NCBI GenBank assembly: GCA_028534125.1
Contig: CM052845.1
Span: 24,366,001-24,430,000 of the forward strand
DNA length: 64,000 bases
Source of the DNA: Lama glama
Taxonomy: Eukaryota
Reading direction: 5' to 3'
Under the pieces are notes generated by a model. That model did not search any database. It had not been told where the DNA came from and was given only the letters and a program-made list of their open reading frames with translations. Shown piece after piece: positions 51,301 to 64,000 of the stretch (the first letter of the stretch is position 1; each line of letters starts with the position of its first letter). The translations under genes and the position numbers were made by a program.

Positions 51301-54300
51301 TCAGTCCTGCAGCCTCCTGTCAGGGCGTATCGAGTGCCCACCCGGTTCTCTGCGGCTCCGTGAAAGACACCGTGGAAACGCCTGACCTTAATGGGTCATT
51401 TTCACCCTCGATTTATTCATTCTCATCAAAATTTAAGACAACGCCTCCTTATTGACACTGTAACCACGGCGGCAAACAAAGCTCCAACAGGGCAGACGCT
51501 GGCGAGGAAAACGGCGGGGCGGTCAGGGAGGGAAACTCGATGAGCCGCTAAAGGGCCAATCAGCTTTCTGTTGCCAGAATTTCGCTGGTCTGGTGCCTCC
51601 GCGTGTGGCCTGGGAAATCTCGGCACACGCGATGACCCATCACCGCCCCCGTCCCTCAAATGCTTATGGGAGGTCAGGGAGGCTTTGATTTTCACGGAGC
51701 TCCCGTAGGAGGTTCTGAGCTGGCGATATGCATGGTTTACATCACATGCTTCAGCCACTTTGAACAGAAAGTCCTGCTGCTTAGACCTGGGCCTGCGAGC
51801 TTCCCCGGTGGAGTGAGCAGGGACCCCGACGCTTCCAAGCCCGTCTGACCCTCTCTGAGTTCCCAGACCGGAGTTCCAGGCCATCATCAACGACAGAGTC
51901 GATGCCCCAGGAAGGACATTCGGGGTCCTCGGGCTCTCGGGGACAGAGACTCCCACTGCAGGCCTGAGCCACCAGGTTTAGAGTTTTCTTTCTTTTCAAG
52001 TGTTTCTGGCCAACAAGGGTCTACGGAACTCATTTTGGCCTCTTAACAGAATCACCCTTCAAGTTTCTTTTCTGAATTCTGCTGAATTCTGGACCTCCTC
52101 ATCTTTTAACCCACGAACCAGGGTCTGGCTGCGGAAAACCAGCACTTCTAAAGTGACAACAGTCCGAGCTGTGATAAGCTCGTTGACAGTTTATCCGGAA
52201 ATCCATGGAGCCCCGCAGGGTGGGGCAGATCCTGCAGTGATGATTCATAAAGCTGGATTCGATCATTTCCTCAGAAAAGCTCCTGAGATTCCCCAGAGAC
52301 ATCCAGAGACGTGGCCAGGGGACCGCGGCCGGTCTGTCCGGGAGGACAGAAGCTGGGGTCAGAGGAGGCGCCCGAGATGAGTTTAATTTCTGGCCTGGCC
52401 AAGGAATCAGAGGTTCTTAAAATTTATTTTCTGAGAATTTAGTGCCTCAGAGAATGAAATCCAGCTAACTTACCTAACCCTGACTCTTCCTCCTGAGACT
52501 CTTCTGTTAAAGGCTTTGCCATGGGAGGGAAAAGTGCATTTCCTCCCCAGCTCAGGCCTATGTGGGCTCGTGGCCTGGTCAGTGGTCTCATGGTCTCGTG
52601 GCCTCACTTGGCAACCACGCAGAAGCATGTGAAACCCACACCCAGAGACCTTCCAGACACGCTGATCCATTGTCTTACATTTCTGTGGTTTTTTGATTTG
52701 ATTTTGTCAACACCAACTCTCCACTTTGGCAAATTACTTATAAATGATCCAGTGGGCCAGTCAACAGGTCAGCCGTCCAGCATGTTTGCTTCAAGTAACT
52801 CTTTCTTTCTTTCTTGGTTTAAGCTGTTTTAAAGCAAAAAGTGTGTGTGTGTGTGCGCATGTGTGCAGGCCCGTCCCACGCACGGAGCGCTGCCTGGTGA
52901 CGCTGTGACCCTGAACATCACAAAGAAAGACAGGCCGTCCTGGACCAGTCCCATCTCCCACTCCCCCGTCTTCCAGGAAAATGCAGAGACAAATTCATGG
53001 ATGTCGCACGTGGGCCCCGAAGAGCCGTAAAAACCAAACCTCACCCTGGAGACTCAGAAACCCTTGCCGGCCTTGAATCATCAACAGTCAGGAGGCGGAG
53101 AGGGGAGGCTCACTGCGGCGATGACCAGGCGTGTAGATGGGCTGCCCAACTGCAGGCTGTCCTTGGAAACCATCCTCCTCTCTGGGACCCGGAGAGAATC
53201 ATCGTTCTGTCCTGCAGGGTCTTGTAAGGACTAGATACACTAACATATGGAAAACATTTAGTACGTGGACTGGGGCTTTTACTGAAAAAAAGAAGTCACA
53301 CAGCACAACCCAGTTAGATGCGCAACTGAGGTGCCTCCCGGTAAACCCTGCACACCGAGTGCTATCCGATCTTCCATCCAGACGCGCGTTTCCATGGCAA
53401 ACTCCCTTGGCCATCACACTACTTTGCTGCAAACAAGATGCAGCAGAGACAACATGAGACTAGGAGCCAGCTTGGACCTCGGGGGCTTCGGATGAGGCCC
53501 AAGGAAAAGACTCCGGCTTAATCAGCTACTCTCTCCAACTCAGGGCTGGCAACCCCTCTGCGTAACAGGAGGGGCGAGGGAGACAGAAATCAGCGACGCA
53601 CCAGCAGGAAACAGAAGGATGCGGTTTACTGCCCCCAGAACCAATCCCTCGGGGAGTGGACGGCGTGCTCCCTTCTCTGCTTCTAAACCAAATCAATCGG
53701 CTTCTCGGCTGAGCACACTCTGTCCCCACCCCTTCAGCGATGGGCCGGATTTCCAGACTCCCATCTACAACTGCAAGAGCGATGATTCAGCACCCAGACA
53801 GCAGGTGCAAGAACCGCTCAGGGCAGAGCCTCCTTGTGCAAAGACACCAAGGCCACTTCTGCCCTGAGCAGCTGCAAACGGTCACGCTGCTTGACTCCTT
53901 CTTCTGTGCGTACTTACAACTCCTGTCTGTGTCCTTCGGTGGCCGAGTGCAGTTCAGGAAGTGCCTTCCGTGACTGGAGAGGGGACATCGTTTCAGGCCC
54001 CGGACCTGCCGCTCGCCCCCATCACTGGGAGGACCACCGGGCCGGCCACCTCGGAGCTGTGGTGCTGCCTCTTGTGCTCTGGGCTCTGACGAGGCTGCTG
54101 ATTGTTTTAGTGTGGTTTAGGGAATGTTCATAATACTTCCGCGAGTTTCTGTTCTGTGAATCATACTTGGCTGCGCTGTCCGACCTTCGACTTCTCCCTC
54201 AGTCTCACAGCCTTCCTTGGTCCAGCCCCACCTTCCTTGGCGCCTGGCTGATGACTCGTCTGCATTAAGGAGTGAGACGGGACAGTAGCCCCTCCGTCAG

Positions 54301-57300
54301 GAAGGCCTCCTGGGTTACCAAGCACAGCTGTGCACAGCTCTGACCCTGAGGAGACGGCGTCAGTGGAGAGGTTAATACCATCAGGACACGCCTCACCCGG
54401 AATTCAGGAAACCCACAGGCTCCCCCAGGAGAGCCAGGAGCCAAAGCTGCGGCCTTGACCTAGTGGGGAGTCTTACGAAAACCCCACGGGAACCTGAGAC
54501 GGACTTTCTGAGGAAACAGGTGATGTCTCCACACAGCCCGCTTTGCCTGAGCCCAGAGGATTTCGCAACGACTCCCTGGGCTCTCGTGTCCTCTGGGGAC
54601 ACGTTCTCAGCACACAGGGAGGGCAGCCTGCAGCCTGCAATGGGCCGCAGGATGTCACCTGACGTCTCAGGAAGAAGAAATAACAAAGACAGCAAACAGG
54701 CTCTTTCGTGAGAGAAACGCAAGGAAACGAACAGGAGCTGAGGCTCAGCAGGAGCTCTTCCGTTACCAGCACCTAAGGTCACACACGTGACGGCTCAGAT
54801 ACTGTCACATGACTCTGGGCCACATGATCTACCTCCTGGTCGCTCCGAGTCTGTGAGCCCCTAATAATCCACATGTTTAAGCCTGAGAAAACAAACGTCG
54901 GGGAAGTAAGTAAGCTATTTGGGTCCACGTTCGTCCCCGCAGGTGGGAGAGTGCCGCTGGTCCTTGGCCCCGACAGGTGGCTGCTGAGAAGTTCAACTCC
55001 AGATCAGACAGATGCTCAGCGATGGGCTCAGCCGTGTTTTAAAAGAGCGCGACTCCCTGGAGTGGAGCCCTGGTGGAGCGAGTCCACGCGAGCCGGCCAC
55101 AGGGGACGGTGAGAGGGAGCGGCAGGGGTGTCACAGGCCTGGGGGGGCAGTGTGCATGGACGCAGCAGGGCCGGGGTGGCGGCCAGCTGTGCTCATTCCC
55201 GCCCCCCTCCCAGCACTGACCACAAACACGGTTCGGGACGAGAGACCCCCGCTACACGCCTCTGATTCCACGTGGTGGCCAGTCCCTTCCAGCCCTGGCC
55301 AGAGCCCTGAGTGAGGCAGGGAGGGCGGGTCCGAGGGGCAGCTGGGCACCCTTCCCACCCTGAGCATGGGGAGCCCCAGGGCCCACAGTGCGCCCCCCGC
55401 GCCGCGGCCCTGCGGCTCTCCCGGGGGACGACCCGGCCCCTCTCAGAGCAGGGGGCTGCCCCCCGGGGCAGGCAGGGGTGAAAGGGGAAATGCTGTAGAA
55501 GGTCGGTGCCCCGCTCTGCCCGGGTCTTCTCAGACTAAGCCTGCCCTCACGTGCACTTAGACTCCAGGCGTCGGCGACGCTCGCAGACGGCGAGGCGTAG
55601 TGTGACTCAGCAAAAGCGGATGAGAAATCGGACAGGGGCACGGGGTCACGCGCAGCCTGACCCAAGGCGAGGCGCCGAGGGAAGCCCGGCGTCTTTAGAG
55701 TGTCGCTCTGATTTCAGTACTCTGACACTTGTCTGAGGGAGGCACCACGGGGAAGCCTGGATTGAAACAGCCGAGCTGGTCTCAGTGGAAGTTCGCTTGG
55801 CTCAGCTGCGAACACGCACGCTGTGCTCAGCCAAGAAACGAAGAGGCCCTGCCCGGGAGAGTGGGTCCAGGGACACCCAGGAGCCCGGAGGGAGGAGGCA
55901 GGAGATGGCATTACAGGAGCAGATCTACTTCTTAACGTGGCTTCAGATGCGCTGTAGGAACGGCACAGGGTTACGTTATCACCCGTGGATGTAAGTGTAG
56001 TAAGACTTCAGGAGGATGTTAGAAAAGCTCCTCAACGCCTCTTCAGGAACTCACCGGCTCTGAGCGCGAGCACCTCAGGCCGAGAGGCTCACCAAGTCAC
56101 CTGGCTTTTAAGGGCACCCTCCGTCCTGAGGTCAGAGGGGGCCCCCAGGTGCCCTGAACCCCACCCCGCAGGGGGCGCTGCGGCGCGGTCTCTTCCAGTC
56201 CTGCCGGAGGTGCTGCCCCTCGAAGCTGCTCCCGGGCCCCGCCTTTCCTGGCGCTGAAGGAACATCACCGCCCCGTCCACTGCAAGGTCAACCTTGGGGA
56301 GAGTAACGGCAGAACACAGTTTCGTCTGCGACGAACAGAAGGCGCCCCTGAGATGTCCCAGAAGAAAAGCAAAGGGACATTGGAAAATTGAACCTTTCCA
56401 TTTTTAGTAAAAGATCTAGAATCACAAAGATCTTGAAATACCATCAAGTAGTTGGTGAGAAATAATGCAATTTGGGAAACATCTCCTCGATCTCCGGATG
56501 CCAGCAGGATGCTGCCTGGGCCCTGCCGTCAGACGCTGGGGAGCGCTCCGGACTCTGAGCAGAGGGCAGTCAGTTCCCACTCCACGCCTCCCCCCGAAAT
56601 GCCCAGCGAGGCACCCGTGCGGCTCCTCCAAAACCAGATGCGGGAGCCGTCTTCCTGTCTCGATTTCTCAGCAGATGAGAAGCATTTCCTCCACCAGGAA
56701 GCTGCCACTGACTCAAACCCAAATGAGGGTGCAGGAGGCGTGCAGGTGCGCAGACCCGACTGCACTCACAGGCTCCCAGTGCCAGAGGGACCAGCGGTCT
56801 GGTGACTCCGAGATGTGCTGGGCTGGGTGGGGCCGGGCGGGATGAGGGCCAGCTGCTAGCATCACAGACAAAATCTGCACTTCGCTTCACACAGGGGACA
56901 GAATTTTGCCTCAACTCACAGACACGACCAGGTTACTTGGACTTGGTGCAGACATGGGCTAACATTGTGTTTATTCGGTGAAGGGTTCATGCATGAATTG
57001 GTGATGCCCTGCTGGACAAGGAAGTCGTTAAAACCATCATCGTTTATAGACAGCGGGCAGGGGCCAGGTCACCCACACGCAGAACTCGCTCACCTGTCTC
57101 CCCAACTAAAAGGCAGGGGAAGAAGCTGAGGCTTGGAGAGCTGGGTCTGCCCACACGCACGGGCTTTACACTTACGTTTGGGCCCACAGGTGAGACGCAC
57201 AGAGGAGCAGCCAGTGCTGGGGGAAGACGGGGCTGAGAAAGGATGCGGAGTCAGAGGTGGCGCCAGAGTGACCGGACGGGGAGCCCCCTGGGGACGGTCT

Positions 57301-58669
57301 GGGGCCAGCAGCCACTGGGCAGCGGGATCACAGGGATGGGAAAGCTGGTTGGCACGCCCTACATCACAGGACGCCAGCTCGGGACTAAAGCTCATAGAAT
57401 GGCAGGACGGCGCTGGGTGGCCGCTCACTGTCACTTTCATTCTGGTAAACCACTCCACTGCTCGAGGACTTAGTCAAGCAGCAAATATTTAACAGAAGGT
57501 AGAATGAAGGGCAAAGCGTGCTTCTGTTTGCCACCAGCCCACTGGTTTGGTCGGATCTGAGCTATTGTACGAGGGTATGAAGAAGCGAATGCTCGACCAA
57601 GTATTGTGTTTCCGCAGAGGTGGAAATAAAATTATCTACCAGCTCTTCTGTCACAGCGCCGACCACTCGGAATGAATTCCACTCCCACGAGGGTGGACAA
57701 CGAGGCCTTGTGGGTGCAGAATGGCTGAAAAACAGGGACTCGAGGGTGCAACCGAGCCCTTCACCGGGGGACCAGGAGACAGTCACAGCCAACAGACCCG
57801 ACAGGCAGCAGGAAGCAGCCGCCACCTGGCAGGGCTCGTGCCCGCGAGTGACCCTCCGTGACTGAGTTTTACAGGGTTCCTGCGCACGCAACTCCTGGGG
57901 GAGGAGACGTGGGCCAGCCGGCTGGGGAGGGTCACAGACGGATCTCTGTCAGTTAATTCCCCGTATGCCGTGGAAACACTTTGGCGAGGCCCATTGTTGG
58001 AGGGTGATTTTATTCACGGCAACAAACCACACACTTAGTACAATAACGAATTCCTGGGTAAATGCAGAGGAGGCGCCTCTGACAGAAAATAATCTTGGGG
58101 TTAGAGCAGCACGATGCCGCGTTGCTGGAGAACTTCCAGGAAAACGACGTCGGAGATGTCCTGAGGAAGGTGAGCCTCGACAACGGAAGGACGGGTAAGG
58201 CCTCAGCAGCAGGCCTTTGTCTCTGAGCCACTTTCCCTCGTCCTCGGTGAAGATCATCCCCTGAGTAGAACTAGGGAGGCACAATGGCGACAGTCGGCTG
58301 CATGTGGTGCCCGGTGCTGGTGGACTTCCTGGAGGAGGTGGCGGCCCCTGCAGTCTTCCTGGAGGAATCAACACAAAACAGCCTTCTTTCTCGGACAGGG
58401 TTCTCTCTGTGCATCAAGCCTCTCAGAGTCCAGTGCTGCAGACCGTTCCCTGGAGCTGGGGAGCAGCTGGCTGTTGCTGGGTAGCTGGCCACGGCCACTG
58501 CTCTTTTCTGTGCAGGAGCTGGACTGAGGGACGTGGGTCTGGACCCAATGGGTCTTCCCCCGAAGCTCCAGGGCTGGGGCTCTGCCAGGTCTTAACACCC
58601 TGGAGCCTGACATGCAGGACGTTTGCAGGGTGTGCTTCTTACTTAGAAAGACTGATGTCAACTGCTGTG

Positions 58670-59076
58670 AGGACAACCGTGTCCCCCACGCCCGCCCCCG
58701 CACCTGCGCCTGTGACCCTGGTCTTCGCAGGTGGGATCCAGCTCAGGTGAGGCCACGCTGGGTGGAGGGGGGCCCTGAATCTAATGACTGATGTTTTAAG
58801 GAGAGAGAGCTTTCCGCAGAGACGCAGGAAGACGACCACATGACCCCAGAGGGAGCGACTGGAGCGATGCGTCCACAGCCGAGGCTGCCAGGGGTCACGA
58901 GCAAACACCCGGCACTGGAAGAGGAAGGGAGGGTCCCTTCCTCGGAGCCTTCGGAGGGAGCTCGGCCCTGCCGACACCTTGACGCTGGACTTGTGGCTTC
59001 CAGGCTGTGAGAGGATACACTGTCGCTGAAGCCCCCAGTTCGGGGTCATCTGTTGTGGCAGCCACAGGACACAGAT
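58670..59076 (+). mobile_element. MLT1 (ERVL-MaLR, MLT1C-like) solo LTR
   Basis: ggccctgaatctaatgactgatgtttt...gagccttcggagggagctcggccctgccgacaccttgacgctggacttgtggcttccaggctgtgagaggatac...tgttgtggcagccacaggac. Confidence 0.85.
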
Positions 59077-59279
59077 CCGTTCAGGTAGGCACTGGCGAGC
59101 AGGACTTGGGCAAGGCTGGGGTCTCCCCATGTCACGTCTCATGGGACTGGAGCTACTAGGGGCTGAGGTTCCCTCAGTATGACGCCCACACCACCGGGGT
59201 CGCCGGCTGGAAACGAAGTCAAAGCCTCAGGTGAGACTGTCCCTACGCTACGAGTGCACAGGGAACCAGCACAGTGGCC

Positions 59280-59900
59280 CCGGGGGGACTCCTGGGGCCA
59301 CAGGCAGCGCAGCCGACGCGGGAGGGCTGTGCGCGCCGCTTGTTCAAGCGTCTCCAGCGCACTCGGCGGGTGCGCGCGCTTTACAGAACATACGGCCTCG
59401 CGCTCGGCGCTCCGTTACCGCCAAGAAGACACCAACTCGTGGGGGCCGCTGCCTGAGTCCACGCCCGGACCGATTTTTATTGTTGCTTAAAATTCCTCAC
59501 GGAACGAGATGGGCATCGTCTGTTTCAGTCATTTGCTGCAAAGTCGCATTTGCTCCTGGAACCAACCCACTGAAAATGCCACGGACCCTCCAACCTCGCG
59601 CGGCTGTGCCCGCGGGCGGGGCCGGGGCGTCGTGCCTCCCGGAGTGGCCGCTGGCCGGGCGCCCCGCGCCCGCCCGCCCACCCGCAGCACCTGTTGCCAA
59701 GCAACCGGGAGGCGCAGCCCGAGCCGAGGCCGAGCTCCGCGCGGGAGGAATTAAACCAATTTACATCCGCCCGATGCAGCCGCCAGCCGGGAGAACTGCG
59801 GGAACCGCGTCCTCGTCAGCGTGAATCCAGCGCCTCCTTCTTCCTCCTCCGTCACTGGATCTGTCGCTTCACCACGCTCAGCGACGGCTTGGTTATGGAA
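59280..59900. promoter_or_regulatory. CpG island
   Basis: Dense CpG with GC boxes (gggcggggccggggcg; ccgcgcccgcccgccc). Confidence 0.6.
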
Positions 59901-60165
59901 CCAGGAAACCCGGCCTAGGTTTCCCAATTTCAGTTCTTCTAAAATTTAGCTTTCGCTGTTTATGCTCTAGACACTGTGTTTTCTGTATCCCTATAAACCC
60001 AGACTTCTGTGTGGAAATTATATTGAAGAAGAAAATGCACCGGTGATACAAGTGGACAGATGACTAGCTTCCTTCCATGTGGGTCCCGCAGTCTTCATCC
60101 AGAGGATATTCCAACTTAAAAAATAATAATGATTCTGTACTCAGCTCCACTGCAGGTTCTCCAAA

Positions 60166-60265
60166 NNNNNNNNNNNNNNNNNNNNNNNNNNNNNNNNNNN
60201 NNNNNNNNNNNNNNNNNNNNNNNNNNNNNNNNNNNNNNNNNNNNNNNNNNNNNNNNNNNNNNNNN
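60166..60265. other. Assembly gap (100 N)
   Basis: Run of exactly 100 N, usually a placeholder for a gap of unknown size. Confidence 0.99.
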
Positions 60266-60496
60266 GCGGACAAGCGGCAAGAACAAAGGATTCCGACACC
60301 AGGAAGTTTGCCACCACCAAGCACCCGCTCCCCTTTCTAGTATAAGAGGGGCCTGAATTCTGCTTGGGGACACTGGTCCCCCATCTTCTCGGTCTGCCGG
60401 CTTTCCCAATGAAGTCGTCATTCCTGCCCAAGCACCTCGTCTCCCAGTCTACTGGCCTGTCGTGCGGTGAGCAGGAGGAGTTTGGCCTCAGTAATG
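60266..60496 (+). mobile_element. ERV1 LTR 3' half, MER41-like (resembling MER41_BT), cut off by the gap
   Basis: TATA-like tataag, then gcctgaattc...ggacactggtcccccatcttctcggtctgccggctttcccaatgaagtcg...tggcctgtcgtgcggtgagcag...tttggcctcagtaa, matching the recalled MER41-family R/U5 region. Confidence 0.7.
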
Positions 60497-63400
60497 ATAT
60501 CTATGTATAGAGACGACTCAAGGCCACCATTCCTACAAACTAAAAACATACCATGAAAACTCTGAACGGAACGGCCATCAGTCATGGCAGTTTGACCCAG
60601 TGTGTCTGCAGCTATGAGGCGGCAGAAATGGGAAGCCCTGTGCCCCTGTCCCCCCAGCCCAGGGCTGGGGGGTCACTTCACTTCACAGGAGCTTATTTTC
60701 TTATCATCTTAATCCACAGGGGCTGTGAGGACAATGTGAAATACGATGAAGAAGATGTATTTATCCTAGCAGGTGTCTGGATAAATATTTGTTTAAATAA
60801 TTTTTAAAAATTAAAATAAAAACTCCATTAACATTTGTTTCTCCACAGCTAACCAAAACAATTAATTACAAGACACGAGTTCAGCGCCAACCTGCTGGAT
60901 ACAGGGTAGCAATGACGGTGTGTTCGGGTGAGTGGTCTTAATGTAAAATAGTTTAAGGTGGACAGACCCGGTTCTTAAATGACTGGGGACGGGCACCTAG
61001 AATTTAAGGACTGTTTCAGATAACGTGTTAGAAGGTTTTCCTGTTGTCCGGTCACTACTGGAGTCATTCTATCAAAACCAAGGCAGGAGTGTTTCCTAAC
61101 TTCATTCCATTTAATGCCAGCAGGGCTGCTAAGCCTTCCCTGCACCGTCTGCTCCTCATGACGAAAGCACAGGACTTAAAGCCGGAAGAGCAAGTCCAGA
61201 TGGAGCCGACAGACTGTCCCTGGGCTCAGCCTGGTCGTATTTCCCGTGTTCACTCACTCACTCAATTCTACAGATAATACCTGCTTGGTATGGCGGCTAA
61301 TTTGGGGGCGAAATGGACCCTAGTCCAGTCAGCGTTTCCCAGCAGTGAGTGGCCAACACGCCCTCTCGGGACGCAGCTGGCTCCAGACTGGCTCCTGGGG
61401 AGGAGGCGTATGAGTTCCCAACCCCACAGCACTGGAGAGGGCAGAGGCTCAGCAGAGTGTGGCGACCCCTCGCGTGGACGTGTTCCTCCAGCCCAGGACG
61501 GGCGTCAGTCAGGGAAGCGGGCACAAGAGCTGGCCAGGGTGCCCAGGGGTGTGCAAGCACCGCAGAGCACTCCCTGAACGCCTCGCCCTCCTCTGCCTGA
61601 AATCCCCTTCCCGGCTCCCCTTGCCCATTCCTCTTGGCCCCTCCAGATGCTGGACGAGCCCCCCAAGTCCTGCTAAGCCTGCCGTCACGGTGTCCCTGGG
61701 GCTGAGGGAGGACCACCTGCATGTCTAGCCCCTGCAAACCCCAGACGGTCCAGGTAGACACTCGTGGGAGAGTCGGAGGTTGCTCAGACTGACACAAAGT
61801 ACAGACATCTCCACACCATTCTGCAGAAAATTTTAGGGTTTCATGAACTCCTGAAGCCCAGCCGTTATGCACAATGCCAGCTAACACCAGCATCTAAACA
61901 CGTTCGGGTGGACCACGGGATATGCCATTTCGAAAGGTCAAAATCAGTGAAATATGTCACCCCTCCTGTTCGATGCACTAAAAGGAGAGGATAATACACA
62001 TGAGGGTAACTTCCGGCTGGAGTCAGAAAACGCAGCAAGGGTTTGTCCTCCCCGTGGGAAGATGCACAGTGACTCAGAGCACTAACCTAACGGAATGACT
62101 GAATTACTAAAAACTTCAAAATGTTGGCTATTTCCAAACACACGGCAGGAAGAACACGTAGGTCTGCTGAAGACCAGAGAACTGGCACAAAACCGGAGTG
62201 GCTGCTTTTAGCACCTGTCTGTGTCACTTCTGCGAGCCATGGAAACGTGTGTTCCCTCGAACACGGGACGCGTGAGGAAGGCGGCAGCGTGCAGCCCGTG
62301 CCTGCAGACGGCAGCTCTGCTCCGCTCTCGCGAGGACGGCCTCGGAGGGAGAAGACGTGTCTCAGGACGAAGGGGCAGGGGTGCTGAGGGGTGCTGGGCT
62401 GCGGCTCTTCACCGAGAACGCTACACTTTGCATCAGAAGGGTAGAGCAGCATGGCAGGTAACTCAGAATGAAGGAAAAACACCACCAAGAAAGATGCCAT
62501 TTTTAGTAAATAGCGGATCTCGGCTTCTCTGGAAATAAAGCTGGTTGAAACCATGTTTGCAAGGAACCATCTGTCATATCAGAGCTGTAGCCTTGATTTG
62601 GTGCCATCAGCTTGTCCTATTAGTATTCGAAATGGATCTTTAAGCTACTAATTAAGGCTATAAACCTATGTTTCTAGGAGACAGGGTACACACTAACAGG
62701 ATGGAATGCATTTCTCATTACGCTTTTTCTCGTCCTAGGGCGTGCGCAGCCTGCGTGAGAGCTCGGGGCGCCGCTTACAACAGGACAACGCAGGGCTCAC
62801 AACCCGGTTTCCTCTCTGCAGCTGTTTTTATGGTGACCACCAATGACCGTTTTTGTGCTTCACGGCCAGGACCACCCTTTGGATTTAGACCTTTTAAAAC
62901 ATAAAGAAGCAGGATGAATAAAATGGGGGTGAAAAAGAGCGCACACAGAGGCCGGCTCTAAGGGGTGTGGTCTGCTTGGATGCAGGGAGCCCTGAGAAGT
63001 CCTGCAACTCCGCGGAGGTAGGGGTCCGCTAGGAAGTTACCCGAGGCCCACAGAGGACAAAGCCAGGGCCGCAGGCCGGGGGCGCTCAGGGAGGCCCTCG
63101 GGCCTGAGCACGGACCCGGGCACCTCCTGGGCTCCCGGGCCCGGCTGCAGGCGCGGGCTCACGGTGAGAGACCGCCGAGGGCCGACCACAGAGACGTCTG
63201 CTGCTCGGTGATCATCAAGCACGAGCGCTAGACGGCTCACCAACAGTCTGTCTTGTTTCATTTTTCAGTAAATGCAGTTTCGTTTCTTTGGCAGCCCTAT
63301 TTTTTTTAATTAAAAAGCTTAGTTTGCTGCTCAAAGGTGATCCTTCTCACTGTGCTTTTCTGAAACCATTTTCACTATGAAATCGGCCACTTCCAAGACT

Positions 63401-64000
63401 ACACTGTAATGGTCCCAAGAGTCCCTTGTTTGCAAGCAGCAGAGCACACACTGGACTCAGCGTGGACAGCTGTGTGACTGCCTTGAGAACCCTCTGCTGT
63501 GACGCCCACTCTGTGTTACTCACTCACTGAGACTGACGGGATTTCAGTTCTCCTTAGGAGAGCAGGATGAGCAAACGCAGCGCTGGCAGCCGGAAGAAGG
63601 GAGGCGCTGCGGTGCGAGTGTCTCTGGCCGGCGAAGCCGCTGCAGTTAGGAGACGCGTCCTCCGCTGAGCGGAGGGCCTCGCGCACGCTGCTTCCTGTTT
63701 GCAAAACAAGCAGAATCTGCTGCTTAGGAAACCGTCCGGGAGGTCGATTCCGAATGAAGCGCCAAGCGGCCGCGGGAGCTTAACCCACGAAGCTGCCAGG
63801 CCGGGCAGAGGAACGGGTTACTGCTGGGGTGAGAGTCCACATAGTGACTTGGGTCTTCTTCAGTGGGATGTCCTGCAGGAGACTGGCCACCAGCCGGTCC
63901 TCGACTGAACCTCCGCCCACACACGGGGGCGCGGCCACACCCGGACAGAGACCCGCCAGCTCCTGCCTTCGCCGCTGCAGGTCGGCCAGGACCCCCGCGT

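Noticed and set aside
53787-53805. REST/RE1-like TTCAGCACC...GACAG
   Set aside because: Spacing and right half-site deviate from the RE1 consensus.
40300-64000. Further upstream DLGAP2 coding exons or a second gene
   Set aside because: No recognisable peptide or consistent exon chain found; the region appears to be intron.

Overview
GC-rich mammalian genomic DNA, not prokaryotic. The window holds an internal part of DLGAP2 (SAPAP2, a postsynaptic-density scaffold) on the minus strand. Five coding exons can be read directly with canonical AG/GT sites and compatible phases: 40299-40234, 29865-28796, 22898-22702, 9195-9048 and 4878-4662. They splice into one open 1698-nt (566-codon) stretch. 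The 5'-most exons lie beyond the window end and the 3' exons (GH1 domain, PDZ ligand) lie before the window start. The rest is intron, containing decayed L1, L2, MLT1/MLT2, MER41-like and Tigger-like relics, one tRNA-derived SINE resembling camelid Vic-1 (suggesting a camel or alpaca genome), CpG-rich islands, a ~1.1-kb degenerate purine-pyrimidine minisatellite and a 100-N assembly gap. Almost all ORFs in the supplied track are spurious products of high GC content. I found no convincing evidence of a new biological system. The best leads are splicing-regulatory candidates, in-frame indels in DLGAP2 and apparent AT-to-GC rewriting of old repeats. All comparisons to human DLGAP2 and to repeat consensus sequences are from memory and need alignment.
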